Assembly: GCF_006345805.1 (NCBI RefSeq)
Contig: NC_043024.1
Location: forward strand, 10,230,001-10,294,000
Length of the DNA: 64,000 nucleotides
DNA from: Octopus sinensis
Lineage: Eukaryota
Direction of reading: 5' to 3'
Part shown: piece by piece, positions 63,001 through 64,000 of the stretch
How positions within the stretch are numbered: position 1 is the stretch's first letter
Layout: every line of letters begins with the position of its first letter
The notes under the pieces: model-generated
Database searches by the model: none
What the model was told of the DNA's origin: nothing
The model's input: only the letters and a program-made list of their open reading frames with translations
Position numbers and translations under genes: made by a program

Positions 63001-64000
63001 TGATGGCAATGAAGAAAGCGCACGAGCAATTGGCTGATAGGTGGGAGGAGAAACCTCTGCACGGCAAATATGTGACCCGCAGCAAACAAGCTGATGTTGA
63101 CCAGAAGCAAACCCATCAGTGGCTACGGAGCTCAGGGCTAAAAGCAGACAGCGAAGGTTTCATCCTGGCTGCTCAAGATCAAAGCCTATTAACCCGGAAC
63201 TACCAGGCCAATGTGATGAAAAATTGAGCAGACCCAAAATGCCGATTCTGCAACGACATGATTGAAACAGTGGACCACCTAATCTCTGGATGTAAAGTCT
63301 TAGCACCAGTGGAGTATAAATTAAGACATGACAGAGTTGGCCAATATCTCCACTGGCTAATAAGTCGGCATTACAATATCAAAACTGCCGACAAGTGGTA
63401 TAATCACCACCCTGAGGCTGTAACTGAAGGAGAAAATGTAACCATTCTGTGGGACTTTCCAGTACATACAGACCGAACCATCAAGGCCAATAAACCAGAT
63501 ATTGTTGTGAAAGACCAAAACAATAAAGTTTGCTTATTGATCGACATGAGCATCCCCTGTGATCATAATATCTCAGCGAAAGAGTTTGACAAGCTCAGAA
63601 AATATAAAGACCTACTCATTGAAATTGAGAAAATGTGGCATCTCAAGGCGGTTACAATACCAGTGATCGTAGGAGCACTAGGAATGATCAAGAAGGGAAC
63701 CGAAAATTATATGAGAATGATCCCTGGCTTACCATCCCTGCAAGAAGTGCAAAAGATTGTCTTAACTGGTACATCACACGTATTGAGAAGAGCATTGTCG
63801 ATGTGAGAACTGTTGCTGCTCATGTATTTTAATTTAACTTTAAAAAAAAAAAAAAAAAAATTAACGAACTACTGAGTTTGGTTTAATGGCCTACCAATAT
63901 ACACTATGAGTTTCTTTGCCCTAGGAGTCGGGAAGACACACGGCAAGAAATGGAAGAAATTTGAAAGAAGAAAAAAAAAAAATAATAACAATAATAATAA
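60100..64000 (+). mobile_element. Near-full-length R4/Dong-clade (RLE) non-LTR retrotransposon, disrupted ORF
   Basis: N-terminal RNKWTREE; RT motifs NYRPITCL, IDYKKAFDS, GIFQGDSLSP and YMDDLKLY; CCHC finger CRFCNDMIETVDHLISGC; RLE motifs RHD, KPDIVV, LIDMSIP and KYKDL; (AAT)n tail at the window end. Several frameshifts and stops; the 5' end is approximate. Confidence 0.9.

Overview
AT-rich, repeat-dense metazoan genomic DNA. The SINE families and microsatellite load resemble octopus (coleoid cephalopod) genomes; this assignment is an inference. Three genes are well supported: a 7-exon TMCO1 (+, 12361-24115), a full-length ATR kinase encoded by one uninterrupted 7980-nt ORF (-, 27129-35108), and a spliced C-type lectin + TSP1 + PAN/Apple gene (-, 40428-59457, 5' end not found). 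A fourth, single-pass membrane-protein gene is tentative (+, about 7.6-11.2 kb). The rest is tRNA-derived SINEs, LINE pieces (R4/Dong, RTE-type, CR1-type), mariner relics, several MITE families, an LTR remnant and simple repeats. Most notable: (1) a tandem 122-nt unit carrying type I hammerhead ribozymes with retrozyme-like architecture, plus several other Penelope-type hammerhead motifs; (2) intronless ATR next to an intron-rich TMCO1; (3) a 1.72-kb tandem duplication of TMCO1 exon 6 with a chimeric-repeat breakpoint and a 1-nt deletion that makes the extra exon frame-neutral (an assembly artefact is not excluded).
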